Below are positions 20,301 through 28,996 of a DNA stretch of 64,000 bases, piece after piece. Positions within the stretch are counted from its first letter, which is position 1; each line of letters starts with the position of its first letter. The DNA is taken from NCBI GenBank assembly GCA_963674965.2, contig CAXXFL010000007.1, positions 800,001 through 864,000 on the forward strand, in the 5' to 3' direction. The stretch comes from a bacterium (GTDB lineage Bacteria; RBG-13-61-14; DATKZS01). The notes under the pieces are model-generated. The model had not been told where the DNA came from and did no database searches. It was given only the letters and a program-made list of their open reading frames with translations. The position numbers and the translations under genes were made by a program.

Positions 20301-21630
20301 GATGACCTTCACGGTCAACAAGGACGCGAAGACCTCGAGCGTCTCCTTTAACCTCAGCAACCTGGGCGGAACGACCTTGACATACTCGATCGCCGAGGTG
20401 AGCGGACAGCTCGACTTGCCCGAGCCCACCGGCGTCATCGCCTCCGTCACCCGACACCTGGGACCCAAGAACTTGAACCTGCCCAGCCTGGACGGCGTGG
20501 CCTATTACGTCGAGCCCCCCGAGACCGGCGCCCTTTCAGGCGGAGAGGCGCTAGGCTCCTTCCCCTCCTCCTCGAGCGGGACCTGGGGACTGGCGCTCGA
20601 CCTCGAGCGCGACTCGCTCTGGGTTTCCACCGCCAAGATACTGGGAGGCGAAAACCAGGCCAGGGAGTACGACAGGGCGGGGGCGGCCGCGGGCGGCTCG
20701 ATAAGCGGCGCCTACTGGACCGATCGGTTCGGCGCGGACATGGCCTACAACCCCTTCACGGACAAGCTCTGGCAGGTCAACGTCGGGGGGGACAACTGCA
20801 TTTACGAGATGGACCCGGACACGGGCGGGAGCACGGGCAAGACGGTCTGTCCCTCCCTGGGCAGGTCCATGCGGGGCCTGGCCTACGACCCGGTAACCGA
20901 CACCTTCTTCGCCGGCTCCTGGAACGACGCCAATATCCACCGCTTCACCTCGGAGGGCGTGGTGATCGGCTCGAAGTTCGTGGGCCTGGCCATATCCGGC
21001 CTCGCCTACAACCCCTCGACCGGACACCTTTTCGCCGCGGTCAACGACGACTCTCCCTTCGACGTTTACGTGCTCGACGCCAACGACGGCTATCGCGTGG
21101 TTGGGGGCATGAACGTCGAGGGTCTGGACGACTTCGAGCAGGCCGGCCTCGAGATCGACTGCAACGGGGACCTGTGGGCCGCGGACCAGGTGGACGGGGT
21201 GGTTATCAACGCCTCGGGATGCGAGAAGGACGCCTGCGGCTACAGGAGCGTGTCCTGGCTAAGTGCCGCGCCGTTATCCGGAAGCCTGGCCTCCGGCTCC
21301 ACGGCGACGGTCACCGTTACCGTGGATGGAACGGGCAATAACGTCGGTACCTATTACTCGTATCTGAGGATCGACTCGACAACTCCCTACGGCCCGCTTT
21401 ACGTTTCGGTCAAGATGATCGTGGAGGACGACCTGAGGGAAAGCGGAGATGGAGGAGGTGACGATGGAGGCGGCGACGACGGATGCGGCTGCGTCATGCG
21501 TCCCGGGGCCCCCTCGGGCGGGATCGTCGCGGCCGCCCTTGTCCTCGCCGCTCCCCTCATGATAGCCCTGGCCCTGGGAGGACTGTCCAGACGGAGAAGG
21601 GCCGCGGCCGAAAAAAGATATCCGGGCTGA
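17308..21630 (+). CDS. Large secreted multidomain surface protein with carboxypeptidase-regulatory-like repeats and MYXO-CTERM-like C-terminal anchor
   Basis: AAGGAG RBS, signal peptide; N-domain PPDTNGDVGP...RWGDYS; G.L.G.VTD..TG.P..GA beta-sandwich repeats; WAWGEP..GP..AYSG..AWAT jelly-roll; WLS.AP.SG.L; ends GGGDDGCGC-hydrophobic helix-RRRR. Confidence 0.8.
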   Translation: MRAKFFLRAWAALMAPLVLVIFSLGGTSEAADSSGPRPTVVRSSKVGVSRPLSEMKVARPSGRAVSGPAIEVPLGRPSPRRPVSVHESDGALQDWQGTARMPSIDVNFEGLGNVNGVLPPDTNGDVGPDHYVEWVNLSIAVYDKSGDLLLGPIPGNQIWDGFGGACEEFNDGDPIVMYDQLANRWMISQFALEWGVGFHQCIAVSQKPDPTGSWYLYDFEISSEKMNDYPKFGVWPDGYYVSFNQFNDDATNSWAGAGVAVFERSEMLQGRSARMVYFDLYDVDSDYWGLLPSDFDGQPPPAGSPNYYVSVEFTEWGSPQDRLRIWEFKTDWTKPTDSTFGVGGVANETLVTSSFDADMCGFSRNCISQPGGAKLDAISDRLMFRNQYRNFDDHETLVLNHTVDANGSDLAGIRWYELRNKGTWSIFQQGTYSPDSTNRWMGSIAMDAVGNIALGYSKSSSSLSPSIAVAGRLAGDPAGTLPQAERTIITGSGYQTHSSGRWGDYSSMSVDPTDDCTFWYAQEYYDSASSADWKTRIASFRFPTCSSSGLGELKGKVTDDSTGDPVSGALISAGIFSTITDDNGEYDIINLPGGTYDVTASSFLYNEETVTDVVITDGVTTTLDFTLTAKDPALVQGTVREDSSNDWPLYAKVHAKHSSGFEASVYTDPVTGQYSLNLLRDDPFTFTVTAQYPGYEELVTTVTPTSNPYTADFDLAVIEAECTAPGRYIDYKYYNDFESDNGGFTAQALTGSTDSWAWGEPTSGPGGAYSGSKAWATNPAGDYQVNENSCMVSPAIDLTSVPAGESITLEWRQYAVMEQGYDFYSVEASKNGGGTWAVIYGPRTGQVDNSWTRTSVELDSTYRVSNFRVRFCLDSDYSVTYDGVYIDDVGLYPESACQIEAGGLVIGNVYDGNNGEPVDGISVKDGLGHLDYTESTYGDGSIDDGFYALFSQAGSRTVTADGGENYGDDSASVTFATNAVATQDFVLPAGILEADTTSMTFTVNKDAKTSSVSFNLSNLGGTTLTYSIAEVSGQLDLPEPTGVIASVTRHLGPKNLNLPSLDGVAYYVEPPETGALSGGEALGSFPSSSSGTWGLALDLERDSLWVSTAKILGGENQAREYDRAGAAAGGSISGAYWTDRFGADMAYNPFTDKLWQVNVGGDNCIYEMDPDTGGSTGKTVCPSLGRSMRGLAYDPVTDTFFAGSWNDANIHRFTSEGVVIGSKFVGLAISGLAYNPSTGHLFAAVNDDSPFDVYVLDANDGYRVVGGMNVEGLDDFEQAGLEIDCNGDLWAADQVDGVVINASGCEKDACGYRSVSWLSAAPLSGSLASGSTATVTVTVDGTGNNVGTYYSYLRIDSTTPYGPLYVSVKMIVEDDLRESGDGGGDDGGGDDGCGCVMRPGAPSGGIVAAALVLAAPLMIALALGGLSRRRRAAAEKRYPG

Positions 21631-21664
21631 TGAGCCCGGATATATAAGCGTGGCGCAAAAGGCC

Positions 21665-21695
21665 AAAGGGGACGGTTTTTTCCGTCCCCTTTTTT
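21665..21695. terminator. Bidirectional intrinsic terminator
   Basis: aaaggggacgg-tttttt-ccgtcccctttttt between convergent genes. Confidence 0.85.
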
Positions 21696-21709
21696 ATTCG
21701 AGCCGGAAT

Positions 21710-23272
21710 TTACCCGCCTCCCGCAGGCAGGGTGATGGGCATGCCCATGATGGGCCAGACTACCAGAATGAATATGCCCAGGACCACCATAAGTATTATG
21801 CTCGCCGGGATTCCCACCACGAAATACTCTCCGGGCGAGAACTGCTTGCTCTCGTAGGCGATGGCGTTGGGCGCGGCGCCGACCAGGGTCAGGAAGGGCA
21901 TGCCCGCGGTAACGAGGGACGAGAACAGAATGACCTCGGGGGCCACGTTCAAATAAGGAGCGATCACCAGGGCCACGGGAAGAGATATGGCGATGGCCGC
22001 GACGTTCATGATGAAGTTGGTCATGATGAGCACGAAGAAGGCGATGCTCATTATAAAGACGAACCAGTGGGCGTTCTGGAACATGAGGAGCCACTTGATG
22101 GCCAGCCACTGGGCGGCGCCGGTTTCCCACAGGCAAAAGCCTATGCTCATGGCCCCGCCGAAAAGGAGGATGATGTTCCAGGGAATTTTCTCGAGGTCGT
22201 CGAGGGTGAGAATCCTGAAGGTGAAGAAGGCCGCCGTGGTGAGCAGGATGATCGAGCTTTTATCTATGGAGAGGAGCTTGAACAGGGCGGAGTCCTCGTC
22301 GGGCGTGGGGCCGAGAATCTGGGACTTGACGGACTTGATCCCGAGGAAGACGATCACCGATAACACCATGACCAGGGTGAAGATTTCCGCGCCCGTCATG
22401 GGACCCAGCTTGGCGTAGAGTTCCTTGGATTTTTCCTTCAGCCCGGGGATGGTTTTTTTCTCGGGCTTGTAATAAATAAGGAGGAATAGCCAGAGCACCG
22501 CGGTCATGGCGATCCCCACGGGCGCCATGTAATAGGAAAGACCGAAGAAGGTGATCTCCTTTCCCACTATTTCCTTGAAGAACCCGACGGCCACGGCGCC
22601 CCGGGCGGCCCCCAACAGGGTGATGATGGAGCCGGCGCCGGCCACGAAGGACATGCCGATAAAAAGCCCCTTTCCGAACTTGGTGGGGGCTTCCTCGTCG
22701 GTGTAGAGGGCGTAGATGGCCGTAAGCAACGGGAAGATGGTGGCGGCCACGGCCGTGTGGGCCATAACCAGGGTCAGGCCGGCGGTCATGGCGAAGCACC
22801 CGAGGTATATCATCGAGGTTTTCTCGCCGACCAGGCCGATCATTTTATAGGCCAGTCTCCTGGTAAGTCCCGTTTTGGTGAAGACCATGCCGATGACCAG
22901 GGAGGCCAGGATGAACCAGACCGAGGGGTCGAAGAAGTCCTTGTAGCCGACCTTGCTTTCCCTGATAAAGAAAAGGCCCTGGATGGCCCCGATCAAGATG
23001 CTGGTCACGCCGATGGGCACGACCTCGAAGACCCACCAGGTGGCGGCGAACAGGAACAGGGCGATGGCGGCCTTGGCCTGGGGGGAGAGGGCGAAATGGA
23101 CGCCCTTTGGATCGACGGCGTCCGAGAAAGGTGGGGCCAGATATATGATTAAGAAAAGCAGGACTCCGGCCACCCCGGCGCCGAACTTGGTCCAGTTGAT
23201 TTGCTTCATCACGGCGCCGAAGAACCCGCCCGATTTTTTGGACTCTCTTTTTACTTCAGGATTCGACGTCAT
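21710..23272 (-). CDS. SLC13/DASS family anion (sulfate or dicarboxylate) permease
   Basis: Many TM helices; WW.FEV.PIG.T, MAHTAVAA, IPWNIILLFGG, TNFIMNVAA, GAAPNAIAY. Confidence 0.9.
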   Translation of the reverse strand: MTSNPEVKRESKKSGGFFGAVMKQINWTKFGAGVAGVLLFLIIYLAPPFSDAVDPKGVHFALSPQAKAAIALFLFAATWWVFEVVPIGVTSILIGAIQGLFFIRESKVGYKDFFDPSVWFILASLVIGMVFTKTGLTRRLAYKMIGLVGEKTSMIYLGCFAMTAGLTLVMAHTAVAATIFPLLTAIYALYTDEEAPTKFGKGLFIGMSFVAGAGSIITLLGAARGAVAVGFFKEIVGKEITFFGLSYYMAPVGIAMTAVLWLFLLIYYKPEKKTIPGLKEKSKELYAKLGPMTGAEIFTLVMVLSVIVFLGIKSVKSQILGPTPDEDSALFKLLSIDKSSIILLTTAAFFTFRILTLDDLEKIPWNIILLFGGAMSIGFCLWETGAAQWLAIKWLLMFQNAHWFVFIMSIAFFVLIMTNFIMNVAAIAISLPVALVIAPYLNVAPEVILFSSLVTAGMPFLTLVGAAPNAIAYESKQFSPGEYFVVGIPASIILMVVLGIFILVVWPIMGMPITLPAGGG

Positions 23273-23302
23273 TTTACTTCCCTTTCACTGCTTGTGGCGC
23301 CT

Positions 23303-23860
23303 TTACTCGGCGCACTTTGGATACTCGTCGCCCAGAATAATCTCCGCTATGTCCTGGAAGACGTCCACCGACCTGGCCACTCCGATAACGGAGCCGTCCT
23401 TGACCACGGGAAGGAGGCTGGTGTTGCTCTCAACCATTTCGTAAATGGCCTTCATAAGGTGATCGTCCGCCGAGATCACCGCCTCGACGGGCCGCATGAT
23501 CTTTCCGACCGTGACCTGCCTGGACCTCTCGATTATTCCCTTTATCAGGCGGTCCGAGAGCATCTCGAGAAGGTTGGGATCGAGCTCGACGTTAAAGTAA
23601 TTTCGCCGCTGCGAAAGCGGCTCGTTGGACAGGAATTTCGGCTCGATCCCCCTGAAGATGTCGCGCCTCCTGACCAGGCCGACCAGTTCCTTGTCCCGGT
23701 TGAAGACCAGTATTACCCGGGGAAGCGACACGCGTCCGTCCACGTCTATCTTGCATTTCTCGATGACGACGATCGCGTCCTTTAAATTCTGGTCCTCATA
23801 CACCCAGGGATAATGGTCCAGCGAAATCATTATCTCGCCCACGGTCTTGATTGTCTCCAT
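23303..23860 (-). CDS. CBS-pair protein
   Basis: TVGEIM, LVGLV...DI, TVGKIM, LPVV..G.VIG....DV; GGAGG RBS favours ATG 23860. Confidence 0.82.
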   Translation of the reverse strand: METIKTVGEIMISLDHYPWVYEDQNLKDAIVVIEKCKIDVDGRVSLPRVILVFNRDKELVGLVRRRDIFRGIEPKFLSNEPLSQRRNYFNVELDPNLLEMLSDRLIKGIIERSRQVTVGKIMRPVEAVISADDHLMKAIYEMVESNTSLLPVVKDGSVIGVARSVDVFQDIAEIILGDEYPKCAE

Positions 23861-24090
23861 TTCAACCTCCCTTCTCCGATCGATCACTTTCGAATGATCG
23901 AAAGTTCCAGCCCCTTTTTCAGGCGCGCCTCTCCCCTTGAGCCTAATTTCCGAATCAGGGGAAGAAATTGACGGGACGACACGATGAATTCCAAACCTCT
24001 CGATTCACCGCTACAACTCCTCTCGAATACTCGAGTTAGGGAAAGCCGCCTAAAAACGCGCCCTTTTCCGGGCGCGAAAAATTCCGGGCG

Positions 24091-24522
24091 CTACCAGCCC
24101 TTGTTCTTCAAGATATCGTTCATCTTGGCCTGCATCTTCTTCTCGACCAGGACCGCCTTTTCCACCTTGGCCTTTTTGATTTTTTCCATCAGGTCTTCTA
24201 TCTTGGCCGGCTTCTCGAGAAAGTCCACCGCCCCCAGCTTGACGGCCTGGACGCCCTTCTCGACCGTGGCGTGTCCCGTGAGCAGGATCACCTGGAGTTC
24301 GGGGTTTTTCTCGAGCATCTTCTTCAGGGTTTCCATGCCGTCCATGCCCGGCATGACCATGTCCAGGATTACCGCGTCAAACCTTTTTTGCGCGATCTTC
24401 TCGAGCGCCTCCGGCCCGCTGCCCGCGGACTCGACGCTCAGCCCCCGCGACTCCATCCTCGTGGACAAGGCATCGACGAAATCCTGCTCATCGTCGACCA
24501 GGAGCACCTTTTCATCAGACAT
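24091..24522 (-). CDS. Single-domain response regulator (receiver)
   Basis: VLLVDDE, ILDMVMPGMDG, LTGH, FLEKP; no output domain. Confidence 0.92.
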   Translation of the reverse strand: MSDEKVLLVDDEQDFVDALSTRMESRGLSVESAGSGPEALEKIAQKRFDAVILDMVMPGMDGMETLKKMLEKNPELQVILLTGHATVEKGVQAVKLGAVDFLEKPAKIEDLMEKIKKAKVEKAVLVEKKMQAKMNDILKNKGW

Positions 24523-24623
24523 GTTACATCCCCCTTCCAAGCCGGCTAAAAAGAGCCGCTTTCACTTCGATAAAACCGACCCTATCGCCAATAGGCGATA
24601 AAACTACATTGCCGAGAAAGGCT

Positions 24624-25310
24624 TCAATGGCCGGGCGATCTCGCTGGAAAGGCCAATACAATGGGGCCTTGCGCGTTTTCCACCGACGCCCGTCCTCCCA
24701 TTTCCTCCATTATAAAACAAAGCGCGTGAAATTGCTCGCCGCCACTATCGGTTTCCCCGGCCGCCGTGGAGGATACCCTTGCCTCCACGCCGCCGTCCGC
24801 GGCTTGTATGGCCACGCAAAGCCCGTCACCGGAGCCGGACTTCTCGAGCATGAGCATGACGGCCAGGAAAATGGCGTGGCGGAAGGCGAAGGGGTCGGTC
24901 TCGATCATGACCTCATCCGGCGGAAGCTGGGCCAAAAGCTCGGCCTTCTTCTGATAGGCGAGCCGTCCCGCCAGGTTGACGATGTTTTCAGCGGCCTCGC
25001 CGGCGTTAAAGGACGCGACGGGCTGGTCCACGCTGTGAGAGAAGTTGTTGAGCCGCTTGACGATGGTCTTGCCGCGGTCGAGATGCTTTTTAATGGTCCG
25101 GACCACGTTTCCGATCTTCTCGGGGCTGAGGGGTCGTTCCTCGGACACGGTAAGGAGAAGGTCCTCGGCCAGTCCCGCGTGCTCCCCGATAATGGCGAAA
25201 ACGTTGTTGATCTCGTGGGACACGCTCGCCGTCACCTTGCCGAAGAAGCGAAGCTTCTCCCCCGTCTTGGACCGGCCGTTATCAGCGTCCGTCATGGCCT
25301 TGCCCGTCAA
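24624..25310 (-). CDS. Degenerate sensorless histidine kinase / phosphotransferase-like protein
   Basis: H-box SVSHEINN retained; N, G1, F and G2 boxes not recognisable; no TM or sensor; overlaps upstream receiver gene by 4 nt. Confidence 0.7.
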   Translation of the reverse strand: MTGKAMTDADNGRSKTGEKLRFFGKVTASVSHEINNVFAIIGEHAGLAEDLLLTVSEERPLSPEKIGNVVRTIKKHLDRGKTIVKRLNNFSHSVDQPVASFNAGEAAENIVNLAGRLAYQKKAELLAQLPPDEVMIETDPFAFRHAIFLAVMLMLEKSGSGDGLCVAIQAADGGVEARVSSTAAGETDSGGEQFHALCFIMEEMGGRASVENAQGPIVLAFPARSPGH

Positions 25311-25672
25311 GCCTTCACGGCTTCCTTCATTTTCTCGATCAGCGCGTCAATGGCCACGGGCTTGATGAGGTAATCGAAGGCCCCCATGCTCTTGACCTCG
25401 CGGAAGTCCTCGTCCGATCCCCTTCCCGACACCAGAATAACGGGCAGCTCGGGCCGCACCTTTTTAATGTCTTTGAGGACCTCCGTGCCTTTGACCCTTT
25501 GCAGCACCATGTCAAGGATGACGACGTTGAACTCTTTGGCCTCGACCAGCTCGAGGGCTCCTTTCCTGTCCGTCGCCACCTCGGCCTCGATGTCCCGCAG
25601 GGCAAGGCGCTCGGCCAGGGTTTGTATGAGTTCCATCTCGTCGTCCACCAACAGAACCTTCATGGACGTCAT
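25307..25672 (-). CDS. Single-domain response regulator (receiver)
   Basis: VLLVDDE, ILDM, VSG, YLIKP. Confidence 0.9.
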   Translation of the reverse strand: MTSMKVLLVDDEMELIQTLAERLALRDIEAEVATDRKGALELVEAKEFNVVILDMVLQRVKGTEVLKDIKKVRPELPVILVSGRGSDEDFREVKSMGAFDYLIKPVAIDALIEKMKEAVKA

Positions 25673-27393
25673 TTAATATCCCCCCCAATCATATTACCCG
25701 AGGGCAGGAAAATGGTAAAGCTCGTTCCGACCCCGAGCTCGCTTTGGACCTCGATCCGCCCGCCCAGTTTTTGCACGATACCGTAGGTAATGGAAAGTCC
25801 GAGTCCGGTCCCCTCGCTTCTGGTGGTAAAGAAGGGATCGAAAATCTGCTTCATATGCTCATCTGGAATGCCGGGGCCATTATCCATGAATTTGATGGAC
25901 ACGAACCCCATGTCCTCAGGATATATGGACACCTTGATTTTCCCCTCCCGGTTCGACTCGGACAGGGCGTTTAAGGAGTTGTTCAAGATATTCAGAAAGA
26001 CCTGCTGCAACTGTCCCCTGTCGCTCTCGATGGGCTTAATTTCCCCCTTGGCGATCACCTCGATGGCGATTTTCCTGAACTTGGCCTCATGCTCGAGGAA
26101 ACTTATCACCTCACGGGCCAGCTGTTCCAGGTCGATGCTCTCGATCTGCAAGTCGATATGCTTGGCGAAGCGGAGCAGACGGCGGGTTATGCGGCTGCAT
26201 CGGCCGACCGAGTTCTGGATGGCCTCCATGAGCTTGGAGACCTTTTCCTTTTCGGGAAAATTCTCGATTATCCCGATCATGTCCATCATCATGCCCGCCT
26301 TCTCGTTGATGATGGCCAGGGGGTTGTTGATCTCGTGGGCCACGCCCGCGGCCAGCCTTCCGATCGAGGCCATTTTGTTGGTGTACTCGATCTTATGCAG
26401 GGCCTGGGTCCTCTGCTCGTCGGCCAGCCTGATCCTGGAGACGAGATAATATGAAATCCACATGACTATCAGAAGGATCAGGACCATGCTGAAAATGAGG
26501 ATGAGCCACAGGTTCCGGGCCAGGGCGAACCAGTTCTTGCCGGCCGCCGACGGGTCCTTTAAGACCATGAGGATGAAGGGAGAATTGTCGATATAGGCGT
26601 GGCCTTGAATGAGCTCCAGGCCCTGGGGGTCCTTTATCTGGCTGACCACCGCGTGGTCCACGTAGGGCGGCGTGGGGATATTGGCCTTGCCCAACAGCTC
26701 CCCGTGGCGATTCGACGGGGTCTGGAGTATCCCCTCATGGTTGATGATAAAGAGCTCCGACGGCGGGGCCACGTTGACCGACCGAAGCAGCTCGTCAAGG
26801 GTGCTCGAGTCGATGGTGGCGCGAAGGACGTAGGACCGTCCATCCTTGTCGGAGGCGGAGAGGGCGATCACGAAATGAGGCAGGTTCCGATACCCCATGT
26901 AAACGTCGCTGACGTAATGTCCCTGCACGATGACCTTGTTGAACCATTCCTGCTCGGAGTAATCCTTGCCCGCCAGTTCCCTGGCGTAGGGCCCCACGTA
27001 GGACACCTGTTTTCCGTCGGGGTCGATAACGCTGAGGTCGACCATTCCCCCCAGCGCGTTCTTTAAATGGGCGAAAACCACCTGCAGCTCACCCTGGTCC
27101 TTAAGTTCGTCGTAGCTCCTCTCGTTCGTGATCAAGACCAGGGCGGCGGCCCTCTCGGCCAGGAAGAACTCGATCGAGTGTTTGGTCATTCCCGTGATGT
27201 GGTTGACGCGCTCCTTGATCTCCTCGCGTATGGCGTTCTTGTACTGGAAATAATTTAAAAAGGTAAGGATAATTAAAGGGGTGAAGGAGACGAGGGTCAT
27301 AATGACGACTACCCATCTCCATAGCCTTACATACCTGGACTGGCCGTCTTCCGTCTTGCGCCAGGGCGAGGCCGCGTCATGCATTTCAGGCAA
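25669..27393 (-). CDS. Membrane sensor histidine kinase with periplasmic Cache-type domain
   Basis: Two TM helices flanking DYSEQEWF...YVSDVYMG; AHEINNPL, NILNN, DNGPGI, FDPFFTT, GTGLGL. Confidence 0.92.
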   Translation of the reverse strand: MPEMHDAASPWRKTEDGQSRYVRLWRWVVVIMTLVSFTPLIILTFLNYFQYKNAIREEIKERVNHITGMTKHSIEFFLAERAAALVLITNERSYDELKDQGELQVVFAHLKNALGGMVDLSVIDPDGKQVSYVGPYARELAGKDYSEQEWFNKVIVQGHYVSDVYMGYRNLPHFVIALSASDKDGRSYVLRATIDSSTLDELLRSVNVAPPSELFIINHEGILQTPSNRHGELLGKANIPTPPYVDHAVVSQIKDPQGLELIQGHAYIDNSPFILMVLKDPSAAGKNWFALARNLWLILIFSMVLILLIVMWISYYLVSRIRLADEQRTQALHKIEYTNKMASIGRLAAGVAHEINNPLAIINEKAGMMMDMIGIIENFPEKEKVSKLMEAIQNSVGRCSRITRRLLRFAKHIDLQIESIDLEQLAREVISFLEHEAKFRKIAIEVIAKGEIKPIESDRGQLQQVFLNILNNSLNALSESNREGKIKVSIYPEDMGFVSIKFMDNGPGIPDEHMKQIFDPFFTTRSEGTGLGLSITYGIVQKLGGRIEVQSELGVGTSFTIFLPSGNMIGGDIK

Positions 27394-27495
27394 TTATTTT
27401 CCTTCTGGGTTTATCTCGATCATTTCTCGAACGTGGCCCGGTAATATCAAGACCAGGTCACGTCCGACGTTTACATCCGCCCGCCGCTTCCAGCT

Positions 27496-27930
27496 TCACC
27501 CGACGGCCGGCGGCTTTCCTTCCCCATAGGCGAGAGCCGGACGAGGCTCGGAAGAGTCGGCGGCCCTGCTTTTGAACGCGCGGTCCACCACTCCTATCAG
27601 AACGTTAATATCAGCCGGCTTCTCCATGTACTCGAAAGCCCCGAGGCTCCTGGCCATCGCTCCGTCGGAGTCGGTCCCGTGTCCGGTAAGCATGATGACG
27701 GGGAGACATGGACGGACTTTTCTCACGCGCCTTAGGACCTCCATGCCGTCAATGCCCGGGAGCCTGAGGTCAAGGACCATAACGTCCGGCTCCTCATCCT
27801 GGACCATCTCCAGGGCGCGCTCACCGGTAAAAGCCGTGGACGCCCGAATGGAACGAAAGCCCAGGCGCTCGGCCAGGGCGTTCACGTATTCTTCCTCGTC
27901 GTCCACCAATAACAGCCTTAAATTGTCCAT
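27496..27930 (-). CDS. Single-domain response regulator (receiver) with short C-terminal tail
   Basis: LLLVDDE, VLDLRLPGIDG, LTGH, YMEKP. Confidence 0.9.
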   Translation of the reverse strand: MDNLRLLLVDDEEEYVNALAERLGFRSIRASTAFTGERALEMVQDEEPDVMVLDLRLPGIDGMEVLRRVRKVRPCLPVIMLTGHGTDSDGAMARSLGAFEYMEKPADINVLIGVVDRAFKSRAADSSEPRPALAYGEGKPPAVG

Positions 27931-28062
27931 ACTTCTTACTCCCGCCGACTTACGCGTACGTCAAGCGTTTCATATTGATTATAACAGAATTCCACGGCCG
28001 GTAAATACCGGGCTGGAAAAATAATTCGCCTTCTCGAAGACTATTGGCGATAAATATTTTAA

Positions 28063-28248
28063 GAGCCTCTTGTAAAAGTCCCGCTTTGGAGTGCGGCGGC
28101 TCGACGCCGCTTTTCTTCCGAGCGGCTTGACGCGAGGCTAGCCGTTGTATTCTTAGGCCTTGTCAAGTCAAAGCCATCGAAAGCGCTCTCAAGCGACCCC
28201 AATCCAAAGCGGCTATGCCGCCAAGAAAGGGACTTTTGCAAGAAGCTC
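28063..28248. mobile_element. MITE-like non-autonomous element, 186 bp, TTAA-flanked
   Basis: Left end GAGCCTCTTGTAAAAGTCCC and right end GGGACTTTTGCAAGAAGCTC (18/20 inverted match), TTAA on both sides; no ORF; internal GGAGT-GCGGCG-gctcga-CGCCGC hairpin. Confidence 0.75.
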
Positions 28249-28260
28249 TTAAAGTAGCTC

Positions 28261-28317
28261 TTGACAATGCCTCCCATATATAGTATATCTTTTCTATCTG
28301 ATTAGTGATTACTATCA
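28261..28317 (+). promoter_or_regulatory. Sigma70 promoter plus putative TetR operator
   Basis: TTGACA at 28261, AT-rich -10 region near 28284; near-palindrome TAGTGATTACTA at 28303-28314 upstream of tetR. Confidence 0.55.
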
Positions 28318-28357
28318 TTTTGTGGAGCGATATATAATTTGACGGCGGCAATATCCA

Positions 28358-28981
28358 ATGAACATCGTACAAAAATATGAGGAAAAATTAAGCGAACAGA
28401 TAAAAAAACACGACGAGCTGATCGAGGCGGCCATCCGCGTGTTCAACGAAAAAGGTTACAGCGCCGCCACTACCGCCGCCATAGCGGCCGAGGCCAAGGT
28501 CAGCGAGCCCACGCTGTACAAGCACGTCAAAAGCAAGCGGGAGCTTTATCTCGAGTGCTTCAAGGTGGTCGAGGCCGAGCTTAACGGCCTGTTCTTAATA
28601 ATCGAAAGGGCCAGCCGGGGCGGCGGCGCGCCGTTTATCAAGCTTCTTATCAGCGAGTACGTGGACTTTGTGGCCGAGAACCCGCACAAGTCCAAGTTCC
28701 TGGTGCATCTTTTCGCGTACCGGGGGGAGAAGGGGTTCGAGGAAACCTTCAACGGCTTCATGGACGGGACCGTATCGAGGATCGAAAAGGCGCTGATCGA
28801 GGCGCGCCAAAGGGGAGAGTTGGCTGAGGGCATCGATCCCTCCGTGCTGGCGGCGGCGTTTTTCAGCCAGTATTTCACCTTGAACGTGCTCGAGTCGGTA
28901 AGGGTCGGCCGGGGCATACCGGTCGAGACGATAAAACGAACCATGGAGCGTATGGCTTCCGGGTTTCTAAATGAAAAATAA
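28358..28981 (+). CDS. TetR/AcrR family regulator
   Basis: LIEAAIRVFNEKGYSAATTAAIAAEAKVSEPTLYKH HTH. Confidence 0.93.
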   Translation: MNIVQKYEEKLSEQIKKHDELIEAAIRVFNEKGYSAATTAAIAAEAKVSEPTLYKHVKSKRELYLECFKVVEAELNGLFLIIERASRGGGAPFIKLLISEYVDFVAENPHKSKFLVHLFAYRGEKGFEETFNGFMDGTVSRIEKALIEARQRGELAEGIDPSVLAAAFFSQYFTLNVLESVRVGRGIPVETIKRTMERMASGFLNEK

Positions 28982-28996
28982 AGGGGAAAGATAATC

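Noticed and set aside
17434-20457. 1007-aa minus-strand ORF
   Set aside because: Antisense shadow of the surface-protein gene
24624-25310. Pseudogene call for the degenerate kinase
   Set aside because: Frame intact, coupled to the upstream gene and H-box conserved; no frameshift evident
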